NCBI GenBank assembly: GCA_023247255.1
Contig: JAHFGV010000009.1
Span: forward strand, 2,773-66,772
DNA: 64,000 bases
DNA from: Candidatus Omnitrophota bacterium
Lineage (GTDB): Bacteria > Omnitrophota > Gorgyraeia > Aquiviventales > Aquiviventaceae
Reading direction: 5' to 3'
The notes beneath the pieces are model-generated. The model was not told the DNA's origin. It saw only the letters and a program-made list of their open reading frames with translations, and made no database searches. Shown here in pieces: positions 59,870 through 64,000 of the stretch. Every line of letters starts with the position of its first letter. Position 1 is the first letter of the stretch. The position numbers were made by a program, and so were the translations under genes.

Positions 59870-61302
59870 CGGTTGCTGTTGCGCTCTCAGGATCGGTCCA
59901 TACGCTGGAGGGTTGGGCGTCTCAGAAATCTGTGTCTGATGTGTTTGGAGATAGCTGGGCCGGACGTCGAGTCACCGTCTTGGGGTTGGCCAGAAGTGGC
60001 GTTGCTGCGGCTGAGTTGCTTTGTCGAATCGGTTGTCGGGTGGGGCTTTCGGAGCTTCGGGATACGCCGGCCACACGCTCGGCGCAGGCGATACTGCGAG
60101 AACGAGGCATAGAGGTTGTAGAACTCGGGGGGCACTCTCGAGAGCTCATTACCGCATCGGATCTCGTGGTGGTCAGCCCTGGGATTTCGGAGACTGCCGA
60201 GCCTGTTGTGTGGGCCCGTGAGCTGGGATTGCCGGTCTTAAGCGAGATTGAGCTGGCCTTTCATTTCTGTCCGGTACCAGTCGTCGCTGTCACCGGCACT
60301 AACGGAAAGAGTACCGTGGTGACGCTCATTGCCGAAGTTCTGCGCAGTTGTGGCAGGCAAGCGATCGCCTGCGGCAACTTAGGCCTTCCTTTTTCAGCCG
60401 TGATCGGACGATTCGGTCCCAAGGGTATTGCAGTGGTAGAGGTTAGTTCTTTTCAGCTTCTTCATTGTGAGCGCTTTCGACCCCGTATTGGAGTCCTGTT
60501 AAATCTGGGTACCAACCACCTTGACCGCCATCCGAATTGGCAAACCTATTGTGAAGCCAAACGGCGGCTGTTCCAAGCGCAAACCCAAAAGGATTGGGCG
60601 GTGCTCAACGGGACCGATACCTCGGTCGTGGCGTTGGGTGAGGGACTGCTCGCTCAGCGCGTGTGGTTCGGTCAGAATCGGTCCAATGGCCCCGATTGGT
60701 TTCTGAGTCCCAAGACCCAGGCCAGTTTATCTGAGACGGCACAGGCGGTCCTTCAGGTGGCGCGGATTCTCGATATCCCGGATCCGTTGACCTGGCAGGT
60801 GATTCGTTCGTTTCGGGGATTGGAACATCGATTGGAGCCTGTGGCGACGATCCGCGGGATTCGATTCATCAACGATTCTAAATCGACCACACCGGAAAGC
60901 CTGCTGTATGCCTTGAAACGTCTTTCCGGGGAACTGGTGTTGATCATCGGAGGAAGGGACAAGGGTTTAAACTTCCAGCCGTTGATTGCCGCGCTTAAAG
61001 AGCCGCGCATCAAGGGACTGGTGTTGATCGGAGAATCCCGTCGCAGACTTCGTCAGTTACTGGATGAGGCTCTCCTCGCTGAGTTTGTCTCTCATGGTCG
61101 ATCCGTTGGCGCATCCTCTCGTTCTGTTTGGCAAGTGCGCGAATGCGACTCGTTGGAACAGGCCCTTGAGGCTGCGATTTCTCTGGCTCATCCGGGGACC
61201 ACGGTGCTGTTTTCTCCCGCGTGCGCCAGCTTTGACATGTTCCAGGATTTCGAACAACGAGGCCAGCGTTTCAAGGCAATCGTGCAGAAGCTGGTGTCAT
61301 GA
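59866..61302 (+). CDS. murD: UDP-MurNAc-L-Ala-D-Glu ligase
   Basis: GLARSG, GTNGKST, EVSSFQL, NDSKST, SPACASFDMF. Confidence 0.96.
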   Translation: MTVAVALSGSVHTLEGWASQKSVSDVFGDSWAGRRVTVLGLARSGVAAAELLCRIGCRVGLSELRDTPATRSAQAILRERGIEVVELGGHSRELITASDLVVVSPGISETAEPVVWARELGLPVLSEIELAFHFCPVPVVAVTGTNGKSTVVTLIAEVLRSCGRQAIACGNLGLPFSAVIGRFGPKGIAVVEVSSFQLLHCERFRPRIGVLLNLGTNHLDRHPNWQTYCEAKRRLFQAQTQKDWAVLNGTDTSVVALGEGLLAQRVWFGQNRSNGPDWFLSPKTQASLSETAQAVLQVARILDIPDPLTWQVIRSFRGLEHRLEPVATIRGIRFINDSKSTTPESLLYALKRLSGELVLIIGGRDKGLNFQPLIAALKEPRIKGLVLIGESRRRLRQLLDEALLAEFVSHGRSVGASSRSVWQVRECDSLEQALEAAISLAHPGTTVLFSPACASFDMFQDFEQRGQRFKAIVQKLVS

Positions 61303-61306
61303 AAGA

Positions 61307-61454
61307 CTGTTTCATGTTTCATGTGTCATGAGTCATGGAAAGCAAAAGGCGTACTTTGGCCGTGCTTGAGATGCCTGTTTATTTTCTGCTTTTTTCATGA
61401 CACATGAACCATGACACAGCCCTTATTACTTCTCTTGGAACATGACACAACACT
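61307..61454 (+). repeat. About 150-bp palindromic element, copy 2
   Basis: Fills the murD-ftsW gap; inverted near-identical copy at 7432-7587. Confidence 0.95.
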
Positions 61455-61457
61455 GAT

Positions 61458-62573
61458 ATGACCCCACGACAGTTGCGCCGGATTTTTCTGATGATCGTCT
61501 TTACCCTCCTCGGGCTAGGGATCATCGAGGTCTATTCCGCAACGTCCTTGATGTCCCACATGGCGTATGGAGATAGCTTGTGGTTTGTCAAACGTCATCT
61601 TGCGGCGATTGTGGTGGGATTGAGTCTGGGATTGGGATGTCTGATGGTTCCTTATCCTGCAGTGCGCGGCCAGGCTCGTTGGCTATTTTTGATTAGCCTT
61701 GTGCTTTTGTTTTTAGCTTTCGTGTGGGGGCAAGAGATCGGTGGTGCAAGACGCTGGCTGCGCCTGGGACGGTTGAGCTTTCAACCCTCTGAGTTTGCAC
61801 AATTGTCCGTAGTGATCTACTTGGCGGATCTGCTTGCGCGGACCCGGGGAAAGATTCGACAGGGTTGGCAGGGGCTTTGGGCTCCCCTTTTGGTGAGCGG
61901 CCTTGTGGCTGGCGTTATTCTTCTGCAACCGGATTTGGGAACAGCGGTGGCCATCGGATCGATTGCCTTGCTGTTGTTGTGGATGGCAAAGGCTCGCTGG
62001 TCAGACCTGGTGTGTGTCAGCGTCATCGCTTTAGTGGCTGTTGGAATACTCATAGCCGGCGAGGAATACCGGCGAAGGAGAATCTTTGCGTTTCTTGATC
62101 CTTGGAAAGATCCGCAGGGCAGTGGCTACCAGATCTTGCAATCTTATTTCGCGCTAGCCTCGGGAGGGTGGTTGGGACAAGGCCTGGGGGGATCGTCGCA
62201 GAAGCTTTTTTATCTGCCCAGCGCGCATACGGATTTTATCTTCGCCATGGTTGGGGAGGAGCTGGGATGGCTGGGCACGACTGCTGTTTTGGCACTGCTG
62301 GCTTTGTTGTTGAGTTGCGGATTTCGAATCGCCTTGTCGCTCCAGAATTGGTTTAGCAAATATCTCGTGTGCGGATTGGTGGGGATGATGGGGCTTGAGG
62401 CGATGATCAACATCGCTGTGGTTACCGGCTTGATGCCCACCAAAGGTCTACCCCTGCCCCTGGTTTCCTATGGCGGCAGTGCCATGGTGGTCAATCTCAT
62501 CGCTTGTGCGCTCATCCTGCACGCTAGTCGTCATGATCAACGATACACGCTTGAAAGTGCTCTTGGTCGCTGA
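61458..62573 (+). CDS. ftsW: SEDS peptidoglycan polymerase FtsW
   Basis: GARRW, QPSEF, QPDLG, HTDFIF, GEELG, LPLVSYGGS. Confidence 0.96.
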   Translation: MTPRQLRRIFLMIVFTLLGLGIIEVYSATSLMSHMAYGDSLWFVKRHLAAIVVGLSLGLGCLMVPYPAVRGQARWLFLISLVLLFLAFVWGQEIGGARRWLRLGRLSFQPSEFAQLSVVIYLADLLARTRGKIRQGWQGLWAPLLVSGLVAGVILLQPDLGTAVAIGSIALLLLWMAKARWSDLVCVSVIALVAVGILIAGEEYRRRRIFAFLDPWKDPQGSGYQILQSYFALASGGWLGQGLGGSSQKLFYLPSAHTDFIFAMVGEELGWLGTTAVLALLALLLSCGFRIALSLQNWFSKYLVCGLVGMMGLEAMINIAVVTGLMPTKGLPLPLVSYGGSAMVVNLIACALILHASRHDQRYTLESALGR

Positions 62574-63714
62574 AGGAAGCGGCGGACATCTGATTCCCGC
62601 CTTGGAGGTGGCCCAGCGATTGGCCAACCAAGGGGTTCTAGCCAAGGTGTGGTATGCCCAGCGTCCGCGCAGTGCGCGATTGCTCCAAGCCTTGTCCCAA
62701 CAAATGCTCAGCGATCGTTTGTCGGTTGAGGCGATTCCCCTACCGAGTTCTTCCCATGTATTGAATCGAGTCAAAGCCTGTGGTGATCTCTGGCTGCGGA
62801 CGCATCAGTGTTTCAAAGCTTTTGGCCCACATATCATTGTGGGTTTTGGCGGATGGATCTGTGCACCAGTGATGCTGGCGGCACGTCTTGCCTATCCGCA
62901 TATCCAGTGGCATCAGGCAAAGGACGCGAGTTATCCCGAGGGGTTTCCGAATCGCGTTCGCACGATGGTGCATGAGCAAAACGTCGTCATGGGACGGGCC
63001 AATCGACTCTTAGCCTACTGGGTCAACCGGGTGGCTCTTTCATTTGAGAAAGCCCAAACGTTCAAAAATCCTCCATCTTGGGTGAGGACAGGAATGCCGA
63101 TCCGCTCAGGGATTGGAAGGATGCGTCAATCGACAGACGCCGCACGATTTGGGTTCAGTCCCGAGAAACCCACGGTACTTGTTTTGGGAGGCAGCCAGGG
63201 ATCGCGTGCCCTCAACCGATTAGTGAGCCAAGGGCTATCCCTTTGCTCGGAGCAAGAACGACGCCAGTGGCAATTTCTTCATGTTACAGGGATGGAGGAT
63301 GAACCGGACGTTCGTGAACTTTACTCCTCGGCTGGCATCCAGGCGTGGGTATCGCCTTTTCTGGTGGATATGGAAAGCGCCTATGCACAGGCGGATGTGG
63401 TCATCGCCCGGGCGGGTGCTTCCACCCTTGCAGAGTTAGCGAGTTGTGGCCGGCCGGCCGTACTGATCCCTTATCCTTATGCCCGGGCGCATCAGCATGC
63501 CAATGCGCGTCTGGCGGAATCGGTCGGAGGGGCGTTCGTCGTGGAAGAGCACGAGGCTACCGCCTCCAGACGCCTGCTCGAGGCCATTCGGTGGTTATTG
63601 CATGATCCACAGTTACGAACCTGCATGGGCCAGAACATGCAACGCCTGGCCGTGACGGATGCCACGCAGCGGTTAGCAGATCTTATCGTGGAGACGGCGA
63701 TCCTATCACAATGA
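62533..63714 (+). CDS. murG: Lipid II synthase MurG
   Basis: GSGGHLIPA, HEQN, GGSQGS, RAGAST. Confidence 0.95.
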   Translation: MINDTRLKVLLVAEGSGGHLIPALEVAQRLANQGVLAKVWYAQRPRSARLLQALSQQMLSDRLSVEAIPLPSSSHVLNRVKACGDLWLRTHQCFKAFGPHIIVGFGGWICAPVMLAARLAYPHIQWHQAKDASYPEGFPNRVRTMVHEQNVVMGRANRLLAYWVNRVALSFEKAQTFKNPPSWVRTGMPIRSGIGRMRQSTDAARFGFSPEKPTVLVLGGSQGSRALNRLVSQGLSLCSEQERRQWQFLHVTGMEDEPDVRELYSSAGIQAWVSPFLVDMESAYAQADVVIARAGASTLAELASCGRPAVLIPYPYARAHQHANARLAESVGGAFVVEEHEATASRRLLEAIRWLLHDPQLRTCMGQNMQRLAVTDATQRLADLIVETAILSQ

Positions 63715-63755
63715 TAATCAGAGACATTGTCGATTGACGATTTTCGATTTTGAAA

Positions 63756-64000
63756 ATGTCCAGGGATAGCACAGTGATCATTGAGCCGGGTATGCGTTTG
63801 CATTTTATGGGCGTCGGAGGCATCGGGATGAGCGGCCTGGCGCAGTTGTGTAAGAATACAGGCTGTGTGGTTTCCGGATGCGACGTAAAGGCTAACGCTT
63901 TGAGTCACCGTTTGCATGAGCAGGGCGTTCGGATCTGGGAAGGCCACGACGCCTCCCATCTCAAGGAAACCCCAGACGTTGTTATCTACAGCTCGGCTGT
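63756..64000 (+). CDS. murC: MurC, partial (runs off window end)
   Basis: LHFMGVGGIGMSGLA...VSGCD...VIYSSA. Confidence 0.92.
   Translation, partial: MSRDSTVIIEPGMRLHFMGVGGIGMSGLAQLCKNTGCVVSGCDVKANALSHRLHEQGVRIWEGHDASHLKETPDVVIYSSA

Overview
Bacterial chromosomal window, genetic code 11. Gene style suggests the PVC superphylum, probably Ca. Omnitrophota (inference only). It has four parts. (1) 1-3.0 kb, minus strand: an HTTM membrane protein and its small partner, separated by an 82-bp MITE, a pseudogene with two in-frame stops and a transposase scar. (2) 3.4-38.9 kb: a sigma54-driven surface-glycan operon (Wza, Wzz/GumC, ExeA-type ATPase, BY-kinase, Wzm/Wzt, amidotransferases, many GT2/GT4 enzymes, O-antigen ligase/Wzy-like protein). 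(3) 38.9-52.2 kb: PEP-CTERM proteins, priming sugar transferase, TPR lipoprotein, exosortase, EpsI, PAS kinase, NtrC-type activator, a PocR-GAF protein and rpoN. (4) 52.4-64 kb: the dcw cluster, mraZ to partial murC. The most unusual signal is mostly non-coding. About 20 sites, mostly gene junctions, carry 7- or 8-nt tandem arrays, often as inverted arms. These arms flank an intact four-helix-bundle (23S-IVP/Avd-like) gene and a decayed copy, and also occur empty. They appear nested, copied 54 kb apart, inserted in frame in proteins, and supplying start or stop codons. This suggests a mobile inverted-microsatellite hairpin cassette system. Coordinates were counted by hand; no database searches were run.
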